A stretch of 64,000 nucleotides of DNA from a phage, in the sequence record PX423614.1; one strand, given 5' to 3'. Below the pieces are notes generated by a model, which was not told where the DNA came from, ran no database searches, and was given only the letters and a program-made list of their open reading frames with translations. Made by a program: the position numbers and the translations under genes. Below are positions 17,469-26,489 of the stretch, one piece after another (positions within the stretch are counted from its first letter, which is position 1; every line of letters starts with the position of its first letter).

Positions 17469-18565
17469 CAACCGTAGCACAAGTTTTTGGATACCGTAAC
17501 CCTCGCTTATCTGAACCGCATCCAAGTATTGCTTTTCAGTGTGGTGTTGGTATTGAGTTAGAAGTCGAAGGTACAACTGACATTGACGCTGATATGTGGG
17601 TTTGTACTGAAGATGGCTCTCTTCGTGATGGTTGTGAATTAGTATGTGCACGACCTTACAACGGTGAAGAACTACTTCGTGCTATTAACAATCTGAGTGA
17701 AGCAGTACAGGATTCCGGAGCCGAGGGAACTTGGCGCTGCTCCACTCACGTTCATATGGATATGCGTGACGCTGATAGTAATATCCTTAAGAAAGTTATT
17801 CTTGGATGGACGTTCTATGAAAAGATGATGTTCAAATGTTCTGGATACCATCGCTATCGTAGCAACTTCTGTCCAGCTTTTGCTGTCGTTCAAGCACAAG
17901 TTATGAATGCTTCGTCAGCGTTCAACCGAGACGGGGAAGCTTTCTTCCACTCTCTTGTTAATAGCTGGGATAAATATACCTCCCTTAATCTTTTGCCTCT
18001 ATCTCAATTTGGTTCTGTTGAGTTCCGTATCTCAGAGCCGAAGTGGAAAAAGAGCCAACTTCTGAATCTGGTCAACCGCTTCTTGGTTCTCAAGAAACTG
18101 GCTGTTGAATATGCAGATTTAGACAATGAAGCTTATGTTGAGAAGTTGAATGAGCTGCGCTTCGCTCCTATGATTCAACATCTACCCCTAGACTATACTC
18201 CAAGAGACAGCGATCTCACTGAAGGGTATCGTCTTGCTCGTGATATTCTCTTCTGTCGTGAGCAATCTGTAACTTTGGTTGGTCGTGTTCGTGTGCAACA
18301 GACTGGCCCTGATGGTGAAGTCCTTATCAACTTACGTGATATGAATGACTTCTATGGTTTCTTGGGATATGTGCGCGGTAATGCCAACAGTGTCTACGAA
18401 GAGATCATGACCTACTACACCCCTCAGATTGAAAGCACTCGAATCGCAACGGTTCGTGAAATTCGTCACATATTTGCATTGATGCGTGAATCAGGTAGCA
18501 GTGATGATAACGTCACTGGTTATATTCCAGACCATCTGGAAATGCAATTAGAACGACTGCTGTAA
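17465..18565 (+). CDS. amidoligase-like protein, paralog B
   Basis: E-x-E, E, H-x-H and E-x-R motif series shared with paralog A; this pattern is typical of glutamine-synthetase-like carboxylate-amine ligases. Confidence 0.4.
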   Translation: MTTVAQVFGYRNPRLSEPHPSIAFQCGVGIELEVEGTTDIDADMWVCTEDGSLRDGCELVCARPYNGEELLRAINNLSEAVQDSGAEGTWRCSTHVHMDMRDADSNILKKVILGWTFYEKMMFKCSGYHRYRSNFCPAFAVVQAQVMNASSAFNRDGEAFFHSLVNSWDKYTSLNLLPLSQFGSVEFRISEPKWKKSQLLNLVNRFLVLKKLAVEYADLDNEAYVEKLNELRFAPMIQHLPLDYTPRDSDLTEGYRLARDILFCREQSVTLVGRVRVQQTGPDGEVLINLRDMNDFYGFLGYVRGNANSVYEEIMTYYTPQIESTRIATVREIRHIFALMRESGSSDDNVTGYIPDHLEMQLERLL

Positions 18566-18642
18566 CACAACGGGCGCTCTTATACAGGGCGCATTTAAAG
18601 GTTAATTAGATGAAAGGGTTTACCCTTCAGGTGGATTAGAAA

Positions 18643-20676
18643 ATTTGTGGTATCGTATTAGCTGGCGGCAACATGACCTCAGCAGATTTGGACATTTTCA
18701 ACCAACTTCTGTATGCTGGTGTTTTCCGTGGACAGCACTCAACTGGTGTGTTTGGTCAGCGTAAAGGTGAAAAGCAAGTCTTCTCTTATAAAGAAGCTCT
18801 TCCTTCTTATGCTTTTATGCTCCAGACAGAATATACAAATATTACCAAAGGGCTTACGAACTACGTAGTTCCTCCTTCGTGGATTGTTGGTCACAGCCGA
18901 CATGCCACTCGTGGGGCTGTCAATGCTCGAAATGCTCACCCATTTACTCACGGGGATATTACTCTGGTTCATAATGGAACCCTGTTAGATCAAGATCTCC
19001 TTCCTGACAGTAAGCGTTTCGAAGTTGATAGTGAAAACATCTGCCACTCAATTAACACCATTGGAGCAGCAGAGACTATCCAAAAACTGGATGGTGCATT
19101 CACTTTGATTTGGCATGATGCTAAAGACAACACGCTTCACATTATCCGTAATGATGAGCGTCCTTTCCACCTAGCCCGCTGTGGTTTGGATTGGTTTGGA
19201 GCTTCTGAAGAAGCTATGCTTATGTGGATTTTAGAGCGTTCTAAGTCCCATAAGAACCGTATCAATGACCACTTCGAATGTAAAGTGGGAACTGAGTATA
19301 TCTTTGATGTGTCTAACAGTCGTATGACTCTGGTTCAAGAGGTGGAGCACACGCTTCCGGTTTTTACGGTAACGAGTCGCTGGGGCGGCTATTACTCGAA
19401 CTCCTCTCTTTATCAGAACCAACAGACAAACAAATCAAGCAGCAGCACAAGCGACATTTACGGAAACAAAGACGACAAGCCCGGCGTGACAAGCGGAGAC
19501 ATTCGTCGTCGTAAAGCGATTGAAGACCAGAACAAACTGGCTGCCGATCGTGGTCTTCCTTATCGTCGTGATGGTCGTGTGGATATTATTCCTCATGAGT
19601 TCCATGCTTATAACAACACAGATCGTGGTAAGATGGTTGGTTACATCTACGATGATAAAGCTCAAGAGTATGTCGAAGGGGATGTTCACAACGTAGCCAA
19701 AGATGAATATCTTAAGGCTCTTGAAAACCCAAAGGTAGTATATCGCGGGACGATTGCTTGTATCTCCGAAGTGGACAGTATGATTCGCCTCGTACTAACT
19801 TCAGGGCTGTTTGTTGATGCTACAGATAAGGAGCCTCAAAGCACTACTGCTGATTTTGATGATGATATCCCTTTTGATGCAGAGGACTCCTTCATCACTA
19901 AGAATGGTGTAGAAGTCACTCGTAAGTTCTGGGAATCTCACTCTCATGGTGACTGTGGTGGTTGTGATAAGCACATTGACTGGAAAGATGCTCGTAAGGC
20001 TGTGTTTGCTTATCAGGCATACTGGCATCCAGAATGCTTCGAAGCGTTATCTAAAACCTCTGAAGAGGAAGAAGATGTGCCTTTGGGTGTATGTGCTATC
20101 TGTGGTGAAGTCAAGACTGATTTCGAGTTTGACAACGAAATGAGTAAACTTCGTGGTGAAGACGTTTGTTATATCTGCTCCAAAGAAATCAAAGATAAAG
20201 TAAAGAATGTTACTCTATCTGAAGGTTATATTTGGACTAAAGCAGTAGACACAACCAACCCACGTCGTCCTGAAGTAGCTGTTCGTGTTGATGAACGTAT
20301 GCTTAGCCGTATGATTGTAATGGTCAGCTCAGCAAAACGTTCAGGGGATATTACACTTGCAGATGTTCCTAATTCGTATTTGGAAAAACGTGGTGGTGAT
20401 ACTTATGCCATCTCTGTTTATGGTCCAAAGAATTCCCCAAAGGAGGTACCCGCTGAGAAAGCGGAGACATTTCCAGAAAAGTCAACCTCTCTCCGAAAAA
20501 CAGTTGTCAGTTATGATGGACAACGAACAGCTGAGTTTACAAAAGCCCTCTGGACTTCAATTGGGTTTTGTGCAGTCTGTTATAAACAAATTCCGTGGCG
20601 TGATGCAGAAACTTGCTCACTGAACAAAGAAAACAGGGTGATCTGTAATTCAGATTACTGTAAAGGTAAACACTAA
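18643..20676 (+). CDS. class-II glutamine amidotransferase-like domain fused to Cys-rich zinc-ribbon-like C-terminal region
   Basis: in-frame upstream extension encodes CGIVLAGG, matching the N-terminal nucleophile block (M)CGIVG of PurF/GlmS/AsnB; RG..STG, GHSRHATRG, NAHPF and VHNG motifs; C-terminal CGGC, CAICGE, CYICSKE, CAVCYKQ clusters; first in-frame ATG is at 18673. Confidence 0.55.
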   Translation: MCGIVLAGGNMTSADLDIFNQLLYAGVFRGQHSTGVFGQRKGEKQVFSYKEALPSYAFMLQTEYTNITKGLTNYVVPPSWIVGHSRHATRGAVNARNAHPFTHGDITLVHNGTLLDQDLLPDSKRFEVDSENICHSINTIGAAETIQKLDGAFTLIWHDAKDNTLHIIRNDERPFHLARCGLDWFGASEEAMLMWILERSKSHKNRINDHFECKVGTEYIFDVSNSRMTLVQEVEHTLPVFTVTSRWGGYYSNSSLYQNQQTNKSSSSTSDIYGNKDDKPGVTSGDIRRRKAIEDQNKLAADRGLPYRRDGRVDIIPHEFHAYNNTDRGKMVGYIYDDKAQEYVEGDVHNVAKDEYLKALENPKVVYRGTIACISEVDSMIRLVLTSGLFVDATDKEPQSTTADFDDDIPFDAEDSFITKNGVEVTRKFWESHSHGDCGGCDKHIDWKDARKAVFAYQAYWHPECFEALSKTSEEEEDVPLGVCAICGEVKTDFEFDNEMSKLRGEDVCYICSKEIKDKVKNVTLSEGYIWTKAVDTTNPRRPEVAVRVDERMLSRMIVMVSSAKRSGDITLADVPNSYLEKRGGDTYAISVYGPKNSPKEVPAEKAETFPEKSTSLRKTVVSYDGQRTAEFTKALWTSIGFCAVCYKQIPWRDAETCSLNKENRVICNSDYCKGKH

Positions 20677-20687
20677 GAGGTATAGTT

Positions 20688-20921
20688 ATGGAAGTTCGTA
20701 AACTGATGTTGGATAACGTGGTAACTACCCGCCGTATTCCGATGACAAGCACAGGATGTGATAACCTCCGAGCAATTCAGAAGTGGATGCAAGAAGGTAT
20801 TGGGAAGCTGGTTGACTCTCCAGTAGAAATCCCTTTTCCAACCGTTATCAATAACGTGTTGGCTGACTATGTTAAAATGAAGGGGATTAAAGTTGAGCCT
20901 CATGTCAAGCAAGGGAGCTAA
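20688..20921 (+). CDS. hypothetical protein
   Basis: ORF track; GAGG RBS. Confidence 0.45.
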   Translation: MEVRKLMLDNVVTTRRIPMTSTGCDNLRAIQKWMQEGIGKLVDSPVEIPFPTVINNVLADYVKMKGIKVEPHVKQGS

Positions 20922-21123
20922 GCCTCACCTGACAATGCTGGAGTATCAACAACTCCGACTTCAACAACTGGTAACGGAGCAGCGAAAGCTGTATCCGTTT
21001 GCTTTTAACTTAATCGACTCTCCAAGCGATGCCCAAGAAGACGAAATGTTCGCTGAGTATTGGGCAATCGAAGCTAAAATTCAATCCTGTCGTAACGAAA
21101 TTCTTAAACTAAAAGGTATCTAA
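20893..21123 (+). CDS. hypothetical protein
   Basis: ORF track. Confidence 0.4.
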   Translation: MSLMSSKGAKPHLTMLEYQQLRLQQLVTEQRKLYPFAFNLIDSPSDAQEDEMFAEYWAIEAKIQSCRNEILKLKGI

Positions 21124-21125
21124 AA

Positions 21126-22361
21126 ATGACTACTCGTATCCGTGTTCTTCCGTATGGCCCGTCTGATTCTGTTAACGCTCTGGTATCTGCTATCAGTGAT
21201 ACTATCCGTGATGAACGCATCAATGCTAACGTGATGGGGCTTCTTTCAGAGAATAGCCGCTGGCGTTCTCGTGAAGGTGATGTGGTTGTTAACTACGGGA
21301 ACCGTCGCTATCCTGAATCATTCTTTGGTTCTGCAACCGTCCTTAACCGTACCGCAGCCTTATATATGGCAGCGAACAAACGTCGTGCTTTCAGTGTGAT
21401 GGACCAAGCAGGTGTTAAAACTGTGGAATACACAGATGTTCAAGAGACTGCTCAGGAGTGGTCAAACACTGGTAATATTGTGTATGAGCGCCATGAGCTG
21501 ACTGGTCACTCTGGTTCGGGCATTGTTGTTGTAGAACCGGGTGATTCAATTGGTCAAGCTGAACTGTACACCAAAGGTATTCAAGGCCCACGTCGTGAAT
21601 GGCGTGTCCATGTGTTCAAAGGTGTAATCACCTATGTTCAGAAGAAGATTCGTCGCAATGGTTATCGCGAAGACCCTAACTATCGTGAAGATATTCGTAA
21701 TCACCACACTGGCTGGGTTTACTCAAGCTCCTTCACAGATGCTCCGAATGACGCCTCTCTGATCAATGCAGTGAAAGCTGTTGAATCAATGGGTCTGGAT
21801 TTCGGTGCAGTTGATATTATCACCAAAGGTCAAGAAGCGTGGGTACTGGAAGTTAATACAGCACCGGGCCTGACTGGTACAACTCTGGATACTTACCGTC
21901 ATAACATTCTTGAGTTTGTTAAAGCTCAAAACCCTCTCTATACTCCTCAGTATAAAGTGGTTTACCAGACTCCGATTGAAGATGGAGACGGTGAGTTGGT
22001 GGATGATATTGAAAGTGCTGATGATGAAAACTTTGCACTGGAAGGACAAGTAGCACAGCCGATTGATTCAGTTGATGTGGTTCCTGAAGAAATGCAACTG
22101 GAAGGTCAGATGAATACTCAAACTATTCGTAATGCACCTACTGGCTACACTTTGTCTCGTGGCTACTGGATTGCAAATATCCGTCATGTCCACAACAACC
22201 TGCAACCGAATGCAATGTCTGCCAATGTCATCCTGTTCTGTGATGGTCGTAACTTCTACCGCAGTGGTTGGAACGTTCCGGTCAATCCAGTCCAGATTCA
22301 TAACCCTCGCAAGTTAGAGTCTGTCAATGTTGAAGGTAGCGAAGTAGCAGTAACTCTGTAA
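21126..22361 (+). CDS. ATP-grasp family ligase (RimK-like)
   Basis: GSGIVVV, E-W-R-VHVF and the DFGAVDII...VLEVNTAPGL block typical of ATP-grasp enzymes such as RimK, glutathione synthetase and D-Ala-D-Ala ligase. Confidence 0.6.
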   Translation: MTTRIRVLPYGPSDSVNALVSAISDTIRDERINANVMGLLSENSRWRSREGDVVVNYGNRRYPESFFGSATVLNRTAALYMAANKRRAFSVMDQAGVKTVEYTDVQETAQEWSNTGNIVYERHELTGHSGSGIVVVEPGDSIGQAELYTKGIQGPRREWRVHVFKGVITYVQKKIRRNGYREDPNYREDIRNHHTGWVYSSSFTDAPNDASLINAVKAVESMGLDFGAVDIITKGQEAWVLEVNTAPGLTGTTLDTYRHNILEFVKAQNPLYTPQYKVVYQTPIEDGDGELVDDIESADDENFALEGQVAQPIDSVDVVPEEMQLEGQMNTQTIRNAPTGYTLSRGYWIANIRHVHNNLQPNAMSANVILFCDGRNFYRSGWNVPVNPVQIHNPRKLESVNVEGSEVAVTL

Positions 22362-22387
22362 TTAAATTAAACAAAAAGGAATTTGTA

Positions 22388-22630
22388 ATGTTGTCTATCG
22401 AAGATTTGATCAGCCGTGGAATGACCGAAGAAAAAGAGCCTCTGATTGTAGGCTCTCGTAAAGCTATCAACCAACTCTGTGAAGAGTTCGGTATCACAAA
22501 TAAGAGAATGATTGGTAATCAGTTCTCTGCAATCATCACCTTCCTCAAACGAGGTGATAAATGTTCAATGGAATGTGCTGAGCGTATCATCGCAATTGCA
22601 CAAGCAGATAAGGGAGTAACAAGTCTGTGA
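22388..22630 (+). CDS. hypothetical protein
   Basis: ORF track; AAAGGAA RBS. Confidence 0.45.
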   Translation: MLSIEDLISRGMTEEKEPLIVGSRKAINQLCEEFGITNKRMIGNQFSAIITFLKRGDKCSMECAERIIAIAQADKGVTSL

Positions 22631-22812
22631 ATAAATACACAATCATGTTTCGTACAATGTCAGCAGAAGGAAATATTCAATCTCTGGACATTCAAGCAGA
22701 TCGCTTTGAATCACTTGGAACAAGTGTTAACTTCTTCCGAGGTACAGAGCTAGTGGGTACATTCCAATCTGATGTGTTGACTGGTGTGATCAAACACTTC
22801 GAAGTAGAATAA
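22627..22812 (+). CDS. hypothetical protein
   Basis: ORF track. Confidence 0.4.
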   Translation: MNKYTIMFRTMSAEGNIQSLDIQADRFESLGTSVNFFRGTELVGTFQSDVLTGVIKHFEVE

Positions 22813-22869
22813 TTTGCTTTAGCCTCTTCGAAAGAGGAGGCTAGTTCGAATTTAACTAGAGGTTGTAAA

Positions 22870-23286
22870 ATGGTTAATAATAAACTGGATATGTTTAAAA
22901 GTCGTATCTTAGATGTAGAGTATTCCAAAAACCTCTTTGAGAAGCACAAGAAAGAGGCAAAGGAAGAGTTAGAAAGTCTTCTGAAAGATGAAGAGATTCC
23001 TCTCTTTGATCGTTGGTGCTTGTTTCTGGAACACGGTGACTTATTTCCTGTAGCTTCAAGTGTAATTAGTAGAGCTGTTACAAGTGCAGTGGAAGGTTTT
23101 TATGACTTGGAAAGATACCGAACTTATATCTTCTCTGATATTTTTGAAGAATACTGGTTTGGTGAAAAAGAGTCAATTTCTGATGAAACCAAGAAAGCCA
23201 TTAAGGGATGTTTTGAAGAATTCCCTGAAAAGCCAATCCGATCAATCATCTTCTCTGGATATTCTGGTTTCCAACATGATTGGTAA
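22870..23286 (+). CDS. hypothetical protein
   Basis: ORF track; GAGG RBS. Confidence 0.5.
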   Translation: MVNNKLDMFKSRILDVEYSKNLFEKHKKEAKEELESLLKDEEIPLFDRWCLFLEHGDLFPVASSVISRAVTSAVEGFYDLERYRTYIFSDIFEEYWFGEKESISDETKKAIKGCFEEFPEKPIRSIIFSGYSGFQHDW

Positions 23287-23292
23287 GCAGCC

Positions 23293-23490
23293 ATGAAAAA
23301 GATTCTATTTTTCCTCTCCTTATTCAGTGTGTCAGCGATCGCCGCTGATGAATGCATCTCTAAAGATTCAGGGAGAGGTCAAATCATAACTCAATGCGGC
23401 AGCCATGTAACAGTTGTCGATTCTATAACTCAAACAGTTCTCGTGTGTAACGGGACTTCTTGTACAAAAGAAATTTTAAACAAAAGGTAA
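23293..23490 (+). CDS. small secreted protein
   Basis: signal peptide MKKILFFLSLFSVSAIA. Confidence 0.45.
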   Translation: MKKILFFLSLFSVSAIAADECISKDSGRGQIITQCGSHVTVVDSITQTVLVCNGTSCTKEILNKR

Positions 23491-23494
23491 TGTA

Positions 23495-23926
23495 ATGTCT
23501 GATAAAGTATTAGTTGCAACGTATGGTTCTCTTCGTAAAGGTCAACACAACCACGCTATCAATGCTCGTGCAGGTGGTGTGTCTATTGGTGAAGGGTGGA
23601 CAGTAAACAACTGTAACCTGTATCAGTATTGCACAGCATACTTCCCAAGTGTATCTTTGGAGCATGACAGCAATGGTAAGCCTGTTCGTGTAGAAGTCTT
23701 TGAAACAACCCAAGCTGGTCTGGAAGGTCCGTATGACGGTCTGGAAGGTCATCGTGGTAATGATAACCCATACACCTTTTACAAGCGTACACTGATTCCA
23801 GTATTATTGGACAGCGGTGAAACTGTGGAAGCGTGGATTTATCACATCGACGAAGAACAAGATGTTCTGGTTGAATCTGGTGACTGGACAGCATATCTGG
23901 CAGGTGAGAAGGATGACAGTAACTGA
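23495..23926 (+). CDS. gamma-glutamyl cyclotransferase-like (AIG2/GGCT family) protein
   Basis: N-terminal YGSLRKG motif, LEGPYDGLEGH...Y.R and C-terminal AWIY match the AIG2/GGCT fold signature. Confidence 0.6.
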   Translation: MSDKVLVATYGSLRKGQHNHAINARAGGVSIGEGWTVNNCNLYQYCTAYFPSVSLEHDSNGKPVRVEVFETTQAGLEGPYDGLEGHRGNDNPYTFYKRTLIPVLLDSGETVEAWIYHIDEEQDVLVESGDWTAYLAGEKDDSN

Positions 23927-24119
23927 CAGGCAGAAGTTAAGAAAGCTGGAATCTGACTACTTGAAGATGCGGTGGAAGATTAATCGTTATGAAAAGTTTG
24001 TCAGTATGCTCACACCTGATAAGCACTCTGAAGAATTTATTCACAGAACAAAGCAAACCTTGCAGGGTTTTAGAAACTTGCAAGATGATGTGTGGGAAGA
24101 AATACGATCGTTTTACTAA
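23913..24119 (+). CDS. hypothetical protein
   Basis: ATG 23913 within track ORF; AAGG RBS. Confidence 0.35.
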   Translation: MTVTDRQKLRKLESDYLKMRWKINRYEKFVSMLTPDKHSEEFIHRTKQTLQGFRNLQDDVWEEIRSFY

Positions 24120-24154
24120 GAAGATTGCTCAAGGAATTCCAAGGAGGATAGAGC

Positions 24155-25945
24155 ATGTCAAAGATCATTTTGGGAGACACAGGCTGTAAAGAGTGTATCT
24201 CTCATGGTCGTGATAAGACCCGCAATCACATGATTCTCTTCCGAAATGAAGAGTCCGGTGAGGAGTGGGGTTCATGTAACAGATGTGGTGCGTATGAAAT
24301 CTTCGAGAAAGGAATGACGCCCACTCCTAATGAAAAGAAAGAGCTGTCCCCTGAAGAACTCCGAGAAGTCTTAGACGATTGCTTAGAGCTTCCTCAGGGA
24401 GAGTTGACCCGTCGCTTAATTCCTAAAGCTGTATCTGAACGCTATGGATGCCGTATTGGTTTAAGTCAAACAGACGGTCAAACTCCTGACAGCTACTTCT
24501 TCCCTCGCGAACGTGATGGGAATATTGTTGGATATGAAGTAAAACTTCTAGACAGCAAGAAATTCTATTATGTAGGTAATGTGAAAGAAGCCGACTTATT
24601 TGGTATGGCTCAAGCACAACGTGGCGATGTTTACAATAAGAAGCTCTTCATCTTTGAAGACCCACTCTCTTGTATGTCTGGATTCCACGTACTTACTGCG
24701 TTCACAAACGCAACTAATATCAAACCTGCTTGTGTCTCTCTTCCGTTCGGTGCAGGTTCAATCTCTTCTGTGTTGTCAAGAAATCGTGATTTTATTAATG
24801 GTTTCGAGGAGATTGTACTCTGCATGGACAATGATGATGCAGGCGAGATTGCATTGACTAAAGGTCGTTCTCTGTACCCACATGTCAAGTTTGCAAGAAT
24901 TCCAAAAGGTACGTTTACTTACAACGGACAGGAAAAGGAAATCAAAGATGCAAACGACATGTTACTGGCAGGGAGAGGTCAAGAGCTTTTCAATAATCTG
25001 AAGTATTCAGCTAAGCGGGAATCTCCTGCTGGAGCTGTTACAGTTTTTGATTGTCTTGAAGACGCTCTGAAGAAAGCGGAATGGGGTATCCCTTATCCGT
25101 GGAAAACTCTCAATGACATGACCTTTGGTATTCGTTGGGGGGAGATGGTTGCAATCGGCGGTGGTGTTGGTTCAGGTAAAACCTTAATCGCACACGAACT
25201 GGTAGCATGGCTTTGCCTTGAGCATGGTTTTAATGGTGGTGGCTTCTTCTTGGAAGAGAAGGTAGGCATGTCTGTTAAGAACATTGCTGGCAAGTCTGCA
25301 TCTGTTCCATTTCACCGACCGGATGTTGAGTATGAAGAAAGTCAGCTACGAGATGAAGCACTTCGATACGCTGATAAGTTTTTCTTGTACGACAACTTTG
25401 GACAGAATGAGTGGGAAGACATTAAGCAGTGTATTCGCTTTTGGGTAGTTGAGAATCAATGTAAGTTTATCATCCTTGATAACATCACTGCATTGGTATC
25501 TCACTTAACTCCATCCGAAGTGAATACAGAAATCAGTAAGATTGCTTCAGAGCTTGCTGGTATGTGTAAGGAATTAGACTTCACTGCTTTTGTGTTATCT
25601 CACTTGAATGCTCCGGCGGGCGGTGCCCCTCACGAAGAAGGTGGTCAGGTTAAAGAAGTACAGTTTACTGGCTCACGTTCATTAATGCGCTGGTGTCAAT
25701 GTATTATCGGTTTCGAACGTAATAAACAAGCGGATGGGTTAGGTAAAAACTTGTCAATCATACGTCTGCTCAAAGAGCGTAACTATGGACAGACGGGGGT
25801 TTGCTATACCAAATATATTAACGAAACAGGTCGTCTTGTAGAACGAGAAGATCATGAAGTTGATGAAGATAATCCGTTTACAGTCACCAACGGAGAAGAT
25901 GCAGCTTCCTTACTTTCACAAGAAGGGGAGGCACGTCCGTGGTAA
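24155..25945 (+). CDS. bifunctional DNA primase/helicase (T7 gp4-like)
   Basis: N-terminal Cys4 zinc ribbon (CKEC...CNRC), primase-type acidic motif MDNDDAGE, Walker [10 protein letters not shown], Walker B IILDN. Confidence 0.8.
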   Translation: MSKIILGDTGCKECISHGRDKTRNHMILFRNEESGEEWGSCNRCGAYEIFEKGMTPTPNEKKELSPEELREVLDDCLELPQGELTRRLIPKAVSERYGCRIGLSQTDGQTPDSYFFPRERDGNIVGYEVKLLDSKKFYYVGNVKEADLFGMAQAQRGDVYNKKLFIFEDPLSCMSGFHVLTAFTNATNIKPACVSLPFGAGSISSVLSRNRDFINGFEEIVLCMDNDDAGEIALTKGRSLYPHVKFARIPKGTFTYNGQEKEIKDANDMLLAGRGQELFNNLKYSAKRESPAGAVTVFDCLEDALKKAEWGIPYPWKTLNDMTFGIRWGEMVAIGGGVGSGKTLIAHELVAWLCLEHGFNGGGFFLEEKVGMSVKNIAGKSASVPFHRPDVEYEESQLRDEALRYADKFFLYDNFGQNEWEDIKQCIRFWVVENQCKFIILDNITALVSHLTPSEVNTEISKIASELAGMCKELDFTAFVLSHLNAPAGGAPHEEGGQVKEVQFTGSRSLMRWCQCIIGFERNKQADGLGKNLSIIRLLKERNYGQTGVCYTKYINETGRLVEREDHEVDEDNPFTVTNGEDAASLLSQEGEARPW

Positions 25946-26487
25946 AGAAACTGTATGCGTTTGATATTGAAGGTGATAACCTCTATGACGGTATTCAGAA
26001 TGTCTGGTGTATATGGATATTTGATGTACTGTCTGGAGAACGGTGGGGGTATCGCCCTCACCAAATTGAAGAAGCACTACACAAACTGAAAGAAGCTGAT
26101 GTAGTAATAGGTCACAATATTATTGATTTTGACCTTCCTGCTTTGTTTAAATTCTACTCTCATGTGATACCTTTTCGTTTTAATGTCTTTGATACCCTGT
26201 GCCTGAGTCGATACCTCAAGCCTGACCGTATTGGTGACAGTCCAGAATACCCCAAAGGCGACCCTAGACATGGCCCTCGCGGTCATGGCCTCAAGCAATG
26301 GGGCGAATTTCTGGGAGAGCTGAAGGGTGATTATGGCGAACAGGAAGAAGCATGGGATGCATTCACTGAAGACATGTTCACATATTGTGAGCAAGACGTT
26401 AACTTGACAGTTAAGGTTTACATGTGTCTTTGCCAAATGGCAGGATTTGATTATAGAAATCCCCCATCTCTCAACTGGAAAATGTAG
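25939..26487 (+). CDS. DNA polymerase family A 3'-5' exonuclease domain, encoded as a separate gene
   Basis: Exo I FDIEGD, Exo [10 protein letters not shown], Exo III YCEQDV; aligns with T7 DNA polymerase residues ~1-190; GTG start overlapping helicase stop; TAG stop at 26485. Confidence 0.75.
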   Translation: MVKKLYAFDIEGDNLYDGIQNVWCIWIFDVLSGERWGYRPHQIEEALHKLKEADVVIGHNIIDFDLPALFKFYSHVIPFRFNVFDTLCLSRYLKPDRIGDSPEYPKGDPRHGPRGHGLKQWGEFLGELKGDYGEQEEAWDAFTEDMFTYCEQDVNLTVKVYMCLCQMAGFDYRNPPSLNWKM

Positions 26488-26489
26488 AA

